From positions 3,971,218 to 4,035,217 of the forward strand of contig OZ253543.1 in the NCBI GenBank assembly GCA_965262555.1: a DNA stretch of 64,000 nt. The letters run 5' to 3'. The notes under the pieces are model-generated. The model did not search any database. It was not told the origin of the DNA and saw nothing but the letters and a program-made list of their open reading frames with translations. The DNA is from Vicinamibacterales bacterium (GTDB lineage: Bacteria > Acidobacteriota > Vicinamibacteria > Vicinamibacterales > UBA8438). A program made the position numbers and the translations under genes. Position 1 is the stretch's first letter. The number at the start of each line of letters is the position of its first letter. This document shows positions 9,757-18,739 of this stretch, in pieces.

Positions 9757-10248
9757 TCACCGACCGGCCGGGTCGTCGGTCAGGGTGACCAACGGCCGGC
9801 CCGGTTGGACGAGATCCCCCACGGCGCACGTGACCTCCGCCACGGTGCCGTCGCGGGGTGCGCGGAGCGTCAGTTCCATCTTCATCGCTTCGAGCAGGAT
9901 CAGCGCATCTCCCTGCGTGACCGCCTGCCCCGGCTCGACCAGGACGTCGATCACCGTCGCCGGCATCGGTGCTTCCAGGGAGTGACTCGGCTCCGCGGCC
10001 GGGCCGGGGGCCGCGAGGGGACGCAGCTCAAGCCGCATCGGGCAGCCGTCGGCGTGTGCCCACACGTTGTCCTCGTGGCGTGCGAGGTACACGAGCACCC
10101 GCCGGCCGCCCAGGGTGACCTGGACGGTGCCGTCGGCGATCGGGGTCACCGTGGCCGGCTCCGGCCAGCCGTCAACCAGCACGGTTCCATCCGGCGACAC
10201 CGTCAGCCGATGCTCACGGCCGGCCACGGTGATGGTGAGGTGCGCCAT
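9757..10248 (-). CDS. biotin carboxyl carrier (biotinyl/lipoyl attachment) domain protein
   Basis: Contains the biotinylation motif EAMKME (LILLEAMKMELTLRAPRDGTV). The ATG lies 8 nt after the stop of the biotin carboxylase ORF. Confidence 0.8.
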   Translation of the reverse strand: MAHLTITVAGREHRLTVSPDGTVLVDGWPEPATVTPIADGTVQVTLGGRRVLVYLARHEDNVWAHADGCPMRLELRPLAAPGPAAEPSHSLEAPMPATVIDVLVEPGQAVTQGDALILLEAMKMELTLRAPRDGTVAEVTCAVGDLVQPGRPLVTLTDDPAGR

Positions 10249-10256
10249 GGCGTGGG

Positions 10257-11777
10257 TCAGTCGGTGTGGGGCGACGTCAGCCGCCAGTCGGTCAAGCGCG
10301 TCCAGGGGTCTGGCACCCGTTCGCGCGGACCGGTCGAGGGGCTGACGGCCACGCCGGCACCCTGGTGCAGGGCGGCTGCTGCGGCCAGCGCGGCAATCAG
10401 GGGGATGTCGGCGACCGGCGCGACCAGGGCGTCATGCTCGTCGGCCAGGAACCCGGTGTCGATCCGTCCGTCGACGAAGCGGGGGTGGTCCAGCACTCGC
10501 TGGAGCAGCAGGAGATTCGTCGGCAGTCCCAGGATTGCGTAGCGCCGCAGGGCGTCGAGTGCCCGGCGTCGCGCGAGATCCCGCGTTTCGGCGTGGGTCA
10601 CGACCTTGGCGATCAGCGGATCGTACTGGACCGGCACGGTGCCGCCCTCCCAGGCCGCGGTGTCGATGCGGAGCCCCGGGCTCGAGGGCTCCCGATACAG
10701 CGCAATGCGCCCGGCCTGCGGGAGATAGTCGTGCGATGGGTCCTCGGCGTAGACTCGGCATTCGATGGCGTGTCCGCGCGACGTCAGCATCGGTTGCGCC
10801 CAGGGTACCGGCTGGCCGGCCGCGATCAGGAGCTGGCCTCGCACCAGATCCACTCCGGTGCACAGTTCGGTCACGGCATGCTCGACCTGGAGCCGGGTGT
10901 TCATCTCGAGGAAGTAGAACCTGGCGTCGTCCCCCTCGCCATCGAGCAGGAATTCAACCGTGCCGACGTTGTCGTAGCCGGCGGTGGCCGCGACGGCGAC
11001 CGCCGCCGCCGTCAGACGCTCCCGGATGGTGGGCGTGACGGCCGGCGACGGGCTCTCCTCCACCACCTTCTGATACCGTCGCTGCACGCTGCACTCGCGC
11101 TCGAAGAGGTGCACCAGCCCCCCTCGCTGGTCGCCTGCCACCTGCACCTCGACATGGCGGGGCCGTTCGAGCCGGCGCTCCACGTAGACCGTGCCGTCAC
11201 CGAAGGCCGCCAGCGCCTCGCGGCGCGCGGCCCCGATTGCGGCATCCAGCTCGGTGGCATCGTTCACCAGGCGTATGCCCTTGCCGCCCCCGCCGGCGGC
11301 CGCCTTGAGCAGGGCCGGGAAGCCGACCCTGTGCACGGCGCGCCGGAGGCCGGCGTCGGTCTGGTCGTCCGGCGTGCCTCCGGGCACCACCGGTACGCCC
11401 GCCTCGGCGGCGAGCCGTCGTGCCTCGATCTTCGATCCGGCACGGGCGATGACGTCCGCCGACGGGCCCACGAAGGCGATACCGGCGTCCCTGCAGGCCG
11501 CCGCCAGCTCGGGATTCTCCGACAGGAACCCGTAGCCAGGATGCACCGCCTCGGCGCCCGATCGACGGGCGGCATCGATGATGCGGTCGACAGCGAGATA
11601 GCTCTGCCGGGGGGTGGCTGGGCCGATTGGCTCCGCCTGGTCGGCCGCCGTCACATGCGGCTCCGCCGCGTCCACCTCGGAGAACACCGCGACGCTGGCC
11701 ATCCCCAGCTCACGGCAGGTCCGGATGATGCGGAGGGCGATCTCGCCCCGGTTGGCGATCAGGACGCGGCGGAACAT
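10257..11777 (-). CDS. biotin carboxylase subunit of an acyl-CoA carboxylase (MCCase alpha, BC part)
   Basis: MFRRVLIANRGEIALRIIRTCRELG, GYGFLSEN, KAAAGGGGKGIR, EMNTRLQVEH. The ORF-track call 10257..12401 is an out-of-frame upstream extension over the beta-subunit gene. Confidence 0.9.
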   Translation of the reverse strand: MFRRVLIANRGEIALRIIRTCRELGMASVAVFSEVDAAEPHVTAADQAEPIGPATPRQSYLAVDRIIDAARRSGAEAVHPGYGFLSENPELAAACRDAGIAFVGPSADVIARAGSKIEARRLAAEAGVPVVPGGTPDDQTDAGLRRAVHRVGFPALLKAAAGGGGKGIRLVNDATELDAAIGAARREALAAFGDGTVYVERRLERPRHVEVQVAGDQRGGLVHLFERECSVQRRYQKVVEESPSPAVTPTIRERLTAAAVAVAATAGYDNVGTVEFLLDGEGDDARFYFLEMNTRLQVEHAVTELCTGVDLVRGQLLIAAGQPVPWAQPMLTSRGHAIECRVYAEDPSHDYLPQAGRIALYREPSSPGLRIDTAAWEGGTVPVQYDPLIAKVVTHAETRDLARRRALDALRRYAILGLPTNLLLLQRVLDHPRFVDGRIDTGFLADEHDALVAPVADIPLIAALAAAAALHQGAGVAVSPSTGPRERVPDPWTRLTDWRLTSPHTD

Positions 11778-11796
11778 CGCTGAATGGACTCGGGAG

Positions 11797-13404
11797 CTAC
11801 ATTCGGAAGATGCCGAAGGCGGTGTCCGGTATCGGGGCGCCGTAAGCGGCGGCCAGGCCCAGGGCCAGACTGTCCCGGGTGCGGACAGGGTTGATGACGC
11901 CGTCGTCCCACAACCGGGCGGTCGAGTAGTAGGGCGACCCCTCGTGCTCGTACTTCGCGAGGATAGGCGCGCGGATGCCATCCAGCTCCTCGGGAGAGGC
12001 GTCGCGGCCCTCCCGAGACGCCCGGTCCTGCCGGATGGTGGCCAGCACGGTGGCCGCCTGCTCTCCCCCCATGACGGAGATCCGGGCATTGGGCCACATC
12101 CAGAGCAGCCGCGGGTCGTAGGCCCGGCCGCACATCCCGTAGTTCCCGGCCCCGAACGAGCCACCGATGATGACGGTGAACTTGGGGACGGCAGCGTTGG
12201 CCACCGCGTGCACCATTTTGGCGCCATCCTTGGCGATGCCACCCCGCTCGTACTCACGCCCCACCATGAACCCGGTGATGTTCTGGAGGAAGACAAGGGG
12301 CACACGCCGCATGGCACACAGTTGGATGAAGTGCGCGGCCTTGAGCGCCGATTCGGAGAACAGGACGCCGTTGTTGGCGAGCAGGCCCACGAGGATGCCA
12401 TGGACGCGGGCGAAGCCGGTGACCAGGGTCGGGCCGTACCGCGCTTTGAACTCGTCGAACCGGGAGCCGTCGACCAGTCGGGCCACGACCTCCCGCACGT
12501 CGTAGGCCGTCCGCAGATCGACCGGCACGATGCCTAGCAGCTCGGCCGGGTCGTAGATCGGGTCCTCTGGCGTCGCCAGATCGGGGATGGTCGCTTCCGG
12601 AGCGCGGATCGAGGCGACGATCGTGCGGGCGAGCTCGATCGCGTGGTCGTCGTTCTCGGCCAGGTAGTCGGCTACGCCCGACAGTCGGGTGTGGACGTCG
12701 GCGCCGCCCAGCGCTTCGGCCGTCACGTCTTCACCGGTCGCCGCCTTCACCAGCGGAGGACCGCCGAGGAAAATCGTCCCGGTGCCCTTCACGATGACCG
12801 CGACGTCGGCCATTGCCGGCACATAGGCGCCGCCGGCGGTGCACGAGCCCATGACCACGGCGATCTGGTCGATCCCCAGCGCCGACATCCGCGCCTGGTT
12901 GGCAAAGATGCGGCCGAAGTGCTCACGGTCCGGGAAGACCTCGGCCTGCCGCGGCAGAAACGCACCTCCCGAGTCGACCAGGTAGAGACAGGGGAGGCGG
13001 TTCTCCAGCGCGACCTGCTGCGCCCGCAGATGCTTCTTGACGGTGATCGGGTAGTACGTGCCGCCCTTTACGGTGGCGTCGTTGGCCACGATCATGACCG
13101 TCCGGCCCTCGACTCGGCCAATCCCGGTCACCAGACCGGCCGCCGGCGTGTGGTCGTCGTACACCCCGTGACCCGCAAGCGGCGACAGTTCGAGGAACGG
13201 GGCGCCCGGGTCGAGCAGCCGGTCGATGCGCTCGCGCACCAGCCGTTTCCCCTGCGCGCGGTGACGGGCCGTGGAGCGCTCGCCACCGCCGTCGAGGGCC
13301 GCTCGGTGGCGCTCGTCGAGCTCACGCACCAGCGCCTCCATGGCGCGGCGGTTGCTCTGGTAGCCGGGGTCGTCGACCCGGACCTGGGATCGCAGCGTTT
13401 GCAT
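11797..13404 (-). CDS. mccB: methylcrotonyl-CoA carboxylase carboxyltransferase (beta) subunit
   Basis: MQTLRSQV start at 13404, 14 nt after the upstream stop. [47 protein letters not shown] and [14 protein letters not shown] are hallmarks of MCC-beta type carboxyltransferases. Confidence 0.85.
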   Translation of the reverse strand: MQTLRSQVRVDDPGYQSNRRAMEALVRELDERHRAALDGGGERSTARHRAQGKRLVRERIDRLLDPGAPFLELSPLAGHGVYDDHTPAAGLVTGIGRVEGRTVMIVANDATVKGGTYYPITVKKHLRAQQVALENRLPCLYLVDSGGAFLPRQAEVFPDREHFGRIFANQARMSALGIDQIAVVMGSCTAGGAYVPAMADVAVIVKGTGTIFLGGPPLVKAATGEDVTAEALGGADVHTRLSGVADYLAENDDHAIELARTIVASIRAPEATIPDLATPEDPIYDPAELLGIVPVDLRTAYDVREVVARLVDGSRFDEFKARYGPTLVTGFARVHGILVGLLANNGVLFSESALKAAHFIQLCAMRRVPLVFLQNITGFMVGREYERGGIAKDGAKMVHAVANAAVPKFTVIIGGSFGAGNYGMCGRAYDPRLLWMWPNARISVMGGEQAATVLATIRQDRASREGRDASPEELDGIRAPILAKYEHEGSPYYSTARLWDDGVINPVRTRDSLALGLAAAYGAPIPDTAFGIFRM

Positions 13405-13417
13405 CGAGCCGGCCGCG

Positions 13418-14599
13418 CTATCCGGCCCGGCCGACGACCGCAAGCTCGGGGCGGGTGGTGGATGCCTGCAACTGCTTGGCGATGACGATTCGCAGAATCT
13501 CGCTGGTGCCTTCTCCAATCGTCAGGAGCTTGGCATCGCGGGAGTACTTCTCGGCTGGATAGTCTTTCACGAAACCGTAGCCGCCGTGGATCTGGATCCC
13601 GTCATCCGCAACCTTGACGGCAACTTCGCTGGCGAAGAGCTTGGCCATCGACGCGTGCAGCGTGGCGGGCCCCCCGTTCTCGATCGTGCGTGCCGCCTGG
13701 TAGGTGAGCAGCCGAGCGGCTTCGATCCGGGTGGCCGCGTCGGCGAGCTTGGACTGAATTGCCTGGAACGCTGAGATCGGCTCGCCAAAGGCGATCCGCT
13801 CGCTCGCATAGCGAAGGGCCGCCTCGTGCGCACCCTGGGCCAACCCGACCGACAGGGCGGCGATGCCCACCCGGCCTCCGTCGAGGATCTGCATCGTCTG
13901 GGTAAAGCCGTGCCCCTCCTCGCCGATCAGGTGATCCTCAGGAATGGCGCAGTCCTCGAAGATCAACTCGCTGGTCTCGCTGGCGCGCATGCCCAGCTTG
14001 TTCTCTTTCTTGCCGACCCGGAACCCCGGCGTGTTCTTCTCGACGATGAAAGCCGAGATGCCCTTCGACCGCCGTGACCGGTCGGTGACCGCCATCACGA
14101 CCACGACGCTGCTGGCCTGGCCACTGGTGATGAACACCTTCGAGCCGTTCAGCACCCAGCGACCGTTGTCGCGGGTGGCCGTGGTGCGCATGTTCGCCGC
14201 GTCGCTGCCTGCAGACGGCTCGGTCAGGGCCCAGGCGCCGAGGTGCTCGCCGCTGGCCAGCCGGGGCAGGAAGCGGCGGCGTTGCTCGTCACTACCGAAC
14301 CGTGCGATGTGGGCGACGCACAGCCCGTTGTGCGCCGCCACCGACAGGGCGATCGCGGGGCAGACGCGGGCCAGTTCCTCAATGCAGATGCACTGGTCGA
14401 GCTTCGTCATTCCCGCTCCACCGAGCGCTTCAGGCACCTCGATACCCATCAGTCCCAACGCTCCGAGCGCCGGCGCCAGCTCCGTCGGAAAGCGTTGCTC
14501 CTCATCCCAGTCCAGTGCGTGCGGACGGATCTCCTGTTCGGCGAACTCCCGGATCGATTGACGCAAAATCTGCCGGTCGTCGGACTCATCGAGGCACAT
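13418..14599 (-). CDS. acyl-CoA dehydrogenase (isovaleryl- or short/branched-chain type, by context)
   Basis: [60 protein letters not shown]. First gene of the co-oriented cluster with the MCCase subunits. Confidence 0.9.
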   Translation of the reverse strand: MCLDESDDRQILRQSIREFAEQEIRPHALDWDEEQRFPTELAPALGALGLMGIEVPEALGGAGMTKLDQCICIEELARVCPAIALSVAAHNGLCVAHIARFGSDEQRRRFLPRLASGEHLGAWALTEPSAGSDAANMRTTATRDNGRWVLNGSKVFITSGQASSVVVVMAVTDRSRRSKGISAFIVEKNTPGFRVGKKENKLGMRASETSELIFEDCAIPEDHLIGEEGHGFTQTMQILDGGRVGIAALSVGLAQGAHEAALRYASERIAFGEPISAFQAIQSKLADAATRIEAARLLTYQAARTIENGGPATLHASMAKLFASEVAVKVADDGIQIHGGYGFVKDYPAEKYSRDAKLLTIGEGTSEILRIVIAKQLQASTTRPELAVVGRAG

Positions 14600-14620
14600 G
14601 GTGGCTTCCTCTACGTGCTT

Positions 14621-14649
14621 ATTATATTATCACCATTGATTATTGACAG
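14621..14649 (-). promoter_or_regulatory. putative sigma70-type promoter in a short AT-rich island upstream of the acyl-CoA dehydrogenase cluster
   Basis: On the minus strand: CTGTCA (comp 14644-14649), a 17-nt spacer, TATAAT (comp 14621-14626), then 23 nt with GAGGAAG before ATG 14599. A perfect TTGACA (14643-14648) also faces the + direction. Confidence 0.35.
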
Positions 14650-14857
14650 GGCATCCGAGGCTGCATCATTCCGGGCGAGCGTTCATTCGTCAGTACCGAT
14701 GGAAGCTGATCACCCGCGAAGGCCCGTTCGAAGGGCCGTGTCCCTGACGATCCACACCCAGCGGCCCAAGCTCCGGGTCGCCGCCATGGCGTACGGAGCA
14801 GAAGCGGGTGTATAAGGGGGCCGATCCGGAGGAGAGTACCGCCGGAGGAGGTTGACC

Positions 14858-15424
14858 ATGAGCACACAGGCACAGACCGCTGGCACGTCATCGAAGTCCG
14901 TCAGGAGGATCCTCCCCGGTATCGCGGCCACGCTGGCGTTGGTGGTCGTGGCCGGGGGCGTCGTCTGGACCATGAACTGTCCATGCGAGGCCACCCCGGG
15001 CTTCGTACTGCTGGGCGACACGCACGAGCAGCCGGTCACCGACTGGAGCTTCGCGAACGATGTCTCGCTGTGCCAGATCCAGATTGGGATCTGGTTGAGA
15101 CCCCATTCGGTGAACGTCAACTGCATGGCGACGCCGGACGGCAATCTCTTCATCAGTTGCTCGTTCGGCGCGAACAAGTACTGGTGTCCACGGGTGGGAC
15201 AGGACCACTCGGGACGCCTCCGGCTCGACGGCGTCGTCTATCCCGTCGTCCTCAACCGGGAAATGGATCAGGCCACCCTCGATCGGGTCTGGGCCGCACG
15301 GATCCGGAAGCTGCAGAAGCCGGCCGTGCAGGCGCGGCAGCCTGGGGGCGGCGGCGAACCGCCTCCGCTCGATACGCCCCGGCCGGAGGCCTGGTGGTCG
15401 TTCCACGTCGTGTCGCGCTCGTAG
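14858..15424 (+). CDS. hypothetical membrane-anchored Cys-rich protein
   Basis: ATG 14858 after GGAGGAGG. N-terminal TM segment ILPGIAATLALVVVAGGVVW. No domain recognised. Confidence 0.6.
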   Translation: MSTQAQTAGTSSKSVRRILPGIAATLALVVVAGGVVWTMNCPCEATPGFVLLGDTHEQPVTDWSFANDVSLCQIQIGIWLRPHSVNVNCMATPDGNLFISCSFGANKYWCPRVGQDHSGRLRLDGVVYPVVLNREMDQATLDRVWAARIRKLQKPAVQARQPGGGGEPPPLDTPRPEAWWSFHVVSRS

Positions 15425-15529
15425 CGCCGGCGACGCACAATGTGACGTTCGTGCCAGCACATCACGCCCGGCTGTGGCTGGTGACGCCGCTCCGGACGGC
15501 GGCCGCGGCGATGGCGGATTGACGCGGTC

Positions 15530-16429
15530 CTACGCCACACCCTGTTCCTCCAGGAAGTCGAGGGTGAGGGCGGCACACGTCTCCGGGTCTTCAAGTTGGA
15601 GGAAGTGCGTCGTGTCCGGGACCAAGTCGTAGCGGAGCGTGTTGAGGGTGCGCAAGTTCATGCTCGGCATGTAGGAGTGGCTGGAGGTGGGATCGGAGCC
15701 GATCGCTATCACGGGGCACTCCACGTGCTTCAAGACGTCGGGCACCTGTATCGCCCAGCCGAAGTAGAACTCGAATATCTGGGCTTCGTGCTCCGGCGGG
15801 CAACACAGCTCGTACCCGCCGTTGGCCGCGGGCCGCAGGGTCGTCTGCGCGAACAGGTCCAACGTGTCCGCCGGTATCCGGGCGAAGACTTGAGAACGGC
15901 TGATAGCCTCGGTGAACTCCTCGCGGGTCTCGAAGAACCGCTTGCGACGCCGGGCCCGCGCCGCGGACGGCTGCAAGAGGGCCTCCAGGTCCGAGGGCGA
16001 GCCGCCGGGCGGACAGATCGGTGGGTCGAACAGGACGAGCGCCGCAAAGCCGGCGTCATCGGGTCCGTGGAACAGCGCCGGAAGGGTCGCCAGCGAATGG
16101 AACACGCCGGCCTTCGGCTTCGCTCCGAAATGCGCTTCGATAGTGGCGGAGACGTTCCAGTTGTCCCTGATGAGCGTCGGTATGTTATGGGTCCGCAGGC
16201 TGCTGACCGCGTTCCATCCGTGGCTGCGCAGGTCGTGGACGACGATGTCGAATTGATCGGCCAGCAGCGACCAAAAGGGATAGTACAGGTCGGCGGCGAG
16301 GCCGTTCCCGTTGCTGAGCACCATGCGTGGGCCTGCCGGGTTGCCGTGCCGGCGCAGGGTGATCACCGTGCCGTCGTCCATGCGAGCCTTGGCGGTAGCG
16401 AGCGGGGTGGGCAGTTCCCAGCGGTCCAC
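15530..16429 (-). CDS. alpha/beta hydrolase fold protein
   Basis: 299-aa ORF. Has MVLSNGNGL, then DIVVHDLRSHGWN, then GVFHSLA (nucleophile elbow-like), then a late DTTHFLQLEDPE (His). Confidence 0.75.
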   Translation of the reverse strand: MDRWELPTPLATAKARMDDGTVITLRRHGNPAGPRMVLSNGNGLAADLYYPFWSLLADQFDIVVHDLRSHGWNAVSSLRTHNIPTLIRDNWNVSATIEAHFGAKPKAGVFHSLATLPALFHGPDDAGFAALVLFDPPICPPGGSPSDLEALLQPSAARARRRKRFFETREEFTEAISRSQVFARIPADTLDLFAQTTLRPAANGGYELCCPPEHEAQIFEFYFGWAIQVPDVLKHVECPVIAIGSDPTSSHSYMPSMNLRTLNTLRYDLVPDTTHFLQLEDPETCAALTLDFLEEQGVA

Positions 16430-16502
16430 GGCCGCAGTATCCCAGATCGCGGCGGCGCCGGTCGCGAGCTACCCAGCTCAAACAGGCTCAGTTCGGCCCG
16501 AG

Positions 16503-16660
16503 CAGCCCGTGGTGAAACCCCCGCTACATTTGAGCGGCGATGCATCCCGCCTGAGCGGCGTTGCTCCTCGGTCGCCTCTGGCCAAGAGGCTCCCTCGTCG
16601 CGCCTTGTCAGGCGGGCGCCTCACCGCTCTCGGTGTCACGCGGGGTTTCACCACGGGCTG
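16503..16660 (+). mobile_element. MITE copy 1 (158 bp), sharing terminal inverted repeats with the IS at 33116..34579
   Basis: Ends are CAGCCCGTGGTGAAACCCCCGC and GCGGGGTTTCACCACGGGCTG. Right flank is CTAG; left flank is CGAG. There are 10 mismatches to the copy at 55399..55556 by hand alignment. Confidence 0.8.
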
Positions 16661-16664
16661 CTAG

Positions 16665-16841
16665 GCGCGGGCGTTCGGGCTGACCGAGACCGGGAGTTTC
16701 GAGGCCGGACGGAGCGCCGACTTCCTGGTGCTCGACGCCAACCCGCTCGACGACATCATGCATACGCGGCAGATCGCCGCAGTGTATCTTCGAGGCGTCG
16801 AGGTCGACCGCGAGGCCTTGCGGACGCGCTGGATGGACTGA
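16665..16841 (+). pseudogene. amidohydrolase 3' fragment (58 codons) abutting MITE copy 1
   Basis: ARAFGLTETGSFEAGRSADFLVLDANPLDDIMHTRQIAAVYLRGVEVDREALRTRWMD aligns with the C-terminus of the intact amidohydrolase at 53938..55326 (AAGKNASFVVLDANPLDDIGNTRRIASVYLGGVAVDRAAL). No start codon or upstream domain. Confidence 0.7.
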
Positions 16842-16972
16842 TACGGTACAACGGCGAGCTGTGATCTTTCGATAGGTTGTCCACTCGGGCCCGAGCGAGG
16901 AAACTGAAGGTGCGAACCAACCAGTTTGCCGGAAGGAGGACCGAGTGGACGGCCTCGCGGAAGGAGATCGTC

Positions 16973-17371
16973 ATGAAGTTGGCGTTGAGTCTGCTGGTCC
17001 TGAGCCTGATCGCGATGATCGCGGGTCCGGCGCGCGCCGCGCAGGACCGCGGTGTGGCAGACTCCGAACGCGTGGTCTTCCGCTGGGTGGGGACCACCGG
17101 ACATGCTTGGGGCGCCTGGGTGACGGCCGGGGCCTCCGTCGAGGACTGGGTCGAGGAAGCCATCGCGCTGTGTGCCGAGGAGGACTTCTGCGAGGTCAAC
17201 GTCTTCGAGGGGCCCGAGCACGCGACGCACGAGATTCCGGTGCCCGAGGCGAACCGGGCCGGCCTGAAATGGGTCGTGCGATACCGGCACCGCGAGACGC
17301 CCGCCGTCGTGGTCGAAGAGGTGCAGACCGAGCCGGGACGCGAGCTCCGCACGTGGACCTTCGATCGGTGA
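16973..17371 (+). CDS. secreted hypothetical protein
   Basis: ATG 16973 after AAGGAG. Signal MKLALSLLVLSLIAMIAGPARAAQ. No domain recognised. Confidence 0.6.
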   Translation: MKLALSLLVLSLIAMIAGPARAAQDRGVADSERVVFRWVGTTGHAWGAWVTAGASVEDWVEEAIALCAEEDFCEVNVFEGPEHATHEIPVPEANRAGLKWVVRYRHRETPAVVVEEVQTEPGRELRTWTFDR

Positions 17372-17513
17372 ACGCGGGGCCTCGGGTCCCAGCATGAACG
17401 GTGGCCTCCGCCGTCGGGCGACCAGTGTTCTACTGGACCCCCAGGTAGCCAGTTAGAGAACCCCCGCCGGGCCCCCGGCCAGGAGTGTGCGACGGCGCGC
17501 CCGTCAGGGCGCG

Positions 17514-18575
17514 CTACCGCGTTCCTTCGGCTTCCTGCCGTTCGATGTTGCGGTAGATCTCCTGGATGTGCCGGATGTCGTGATTACCCTCGTGGCAGGC
17601 GTACTCGTACATCGGCCCCTCGGTGGCCATCAGCGGGATCTCGGCGCTCCACGGCCGGTCCCAGGTGGCCGGATCCTCCACCGTGAACGTGAAGTGGATC
17701 CGGTCGTCCGCCACCCGGGTGAACCGCTCCACGACCTTGAGGTCGCGGCTCGAGCCCTGCCACGCGGACTCGTCGTTGAAGTGGGTGCTCTCGACGACCA
17801 GGGTGTCGCCCTCCCAGTGCCCGCGCGAGTCGCCCGGCCACTGGCGGATCGTCTCGGAGATGGGCGGTCGTCCGTCGATTGGGATGATCCGCGGCGCGTT
17901 GTTGTTCTGCTCGGTGAAGATGACGACGTGCGTCGGTGTCTGGAAGATCTGGTGGATGTCGTTGTACGAGGGCGGCTGCAGCGGCGGCCCGTTGTAGCCG
18001 TAGTAGAGGCAACGTTCGCTGTGCGGGCGCAGCTCGTAGCCGTCGAACTGCCCCCGGTCGCCACGTGCCGCCCGCCGATCCGCCGCCCGCGCCTGGGCCT
18101 GTTCGTTGGCCGGGGGAATCCGGCCGTTCGGCGGATCGGTGATCAGCGACGTGCGCCGGGTCGACAACCCCTTCGGCACTCTGGTGGCGAGCCAGATGGC
18201 GTTGTCGTAGTGGACATAGGTTTCGTCGCGGTGGGTCTGGTCGAGAGCCTGCGCGCGTTCATCGGCGTCGGCAATATCGATGACAAAGCGCGCCAGCGGG
18301 TCGGCCCCGTCGACCGTCAACTGCGCCTGGAGCTGCGCGAACTCCTCCTCGGAGTAGAACGCCTGATCGCCCAGATGCTCGGGGCGCTCCATCGGCGTGA
18401 AGGTCTGGGTGGTCCAGTAGCCCTGCAGGTTGGGCTGGCCGTCCGGCAGGCGAGGCATCTGCCAGTCCGGATCCGTGTTCGGGGTGCTCTCGGACCGGCT
18501 CTGGGCAAACGCCGGCCCGGAGGCCAGCAGAGCGACCGTAAGCACCGCGGCGACCGTTCGAAGACGATGGTCCAT
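17514..18575 (-). CDS. secreted protein of unknown function (YEYACHEGN-motif family), paralog of 52672..53658
   Basis: Signal peptide ending PAFAQ. Shares RRTSLI(T/V)DPP(N/D)GR(I/L)PP, YQIFQ(T/A)P, WxGD(T/A)LVVE(S/T)TH and YEYACHEGN blocks with the second copy. Confidence 0.75.
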   Translation of the reverse strand: MDHRLRTVAAVLTVALLASGPAFAQSRSESTPNTDPDWQMPRLPDGQPNLQGYWTTQTFTPMERPEHLGDQAFYSEEEFAQLQAQLTVDGADPLARFVIDIADADERAQALDQTHRDETYVHYDNAIWLATRVPKGLSTRRTSLITDPPNGRIPPANEQAQARAADRRAARGDRGQFDGYELRPHSERCLYYGYNGPPLQPPSYNDIHQIFQTPTHVVIFTEQNNNAPRIIPIDGRPPISETIRQWPGDSRGHWEGDTLVVESTHFNDESAWQGSSRDLKVVERFTRVADDRIHFTFTVEDPATWDRPWSAEIPLMATEGPMYEYACHEGNHDIRHIQEIYRNIERQEAEGTR

Positions 18576-18739
18576 CTCAAGTCCTCCCTGGGAGGTTGCC
18601 GTGGTTACTCGGAATGCCCCCCATGATCGCTCATGTTCCCGCCGTTCGCAAGCTGCCGGGACACCACCCGCCCCCGCCCTCGCCCGGACCTCGGTGCGAG
18701 TAGGATGGGTAGGTCTCGCAGCAATAGGGGAGAACCAGA

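Noticed and set aside
10257-12401. A 714-aa ORF suggesting a much longer biotin carboxylase.
   Set aside because: The first ~208 codons overlap the carboxyltransferase gene out of frame and are Ser/Pro/Arg-rich. The canonical BC N-terminus MFRRVLIANRGEIA starts at 11777, 20 nt after the upstream stop.
16661-17395. A 244-aa minus ORF spanning the MITE flank and the small secreted-protein gene.
   Set aside because: It has no motifs. It overlaps the amidohydrolase fragment and a plus-strand ORF that has a good SD and signal peptide.
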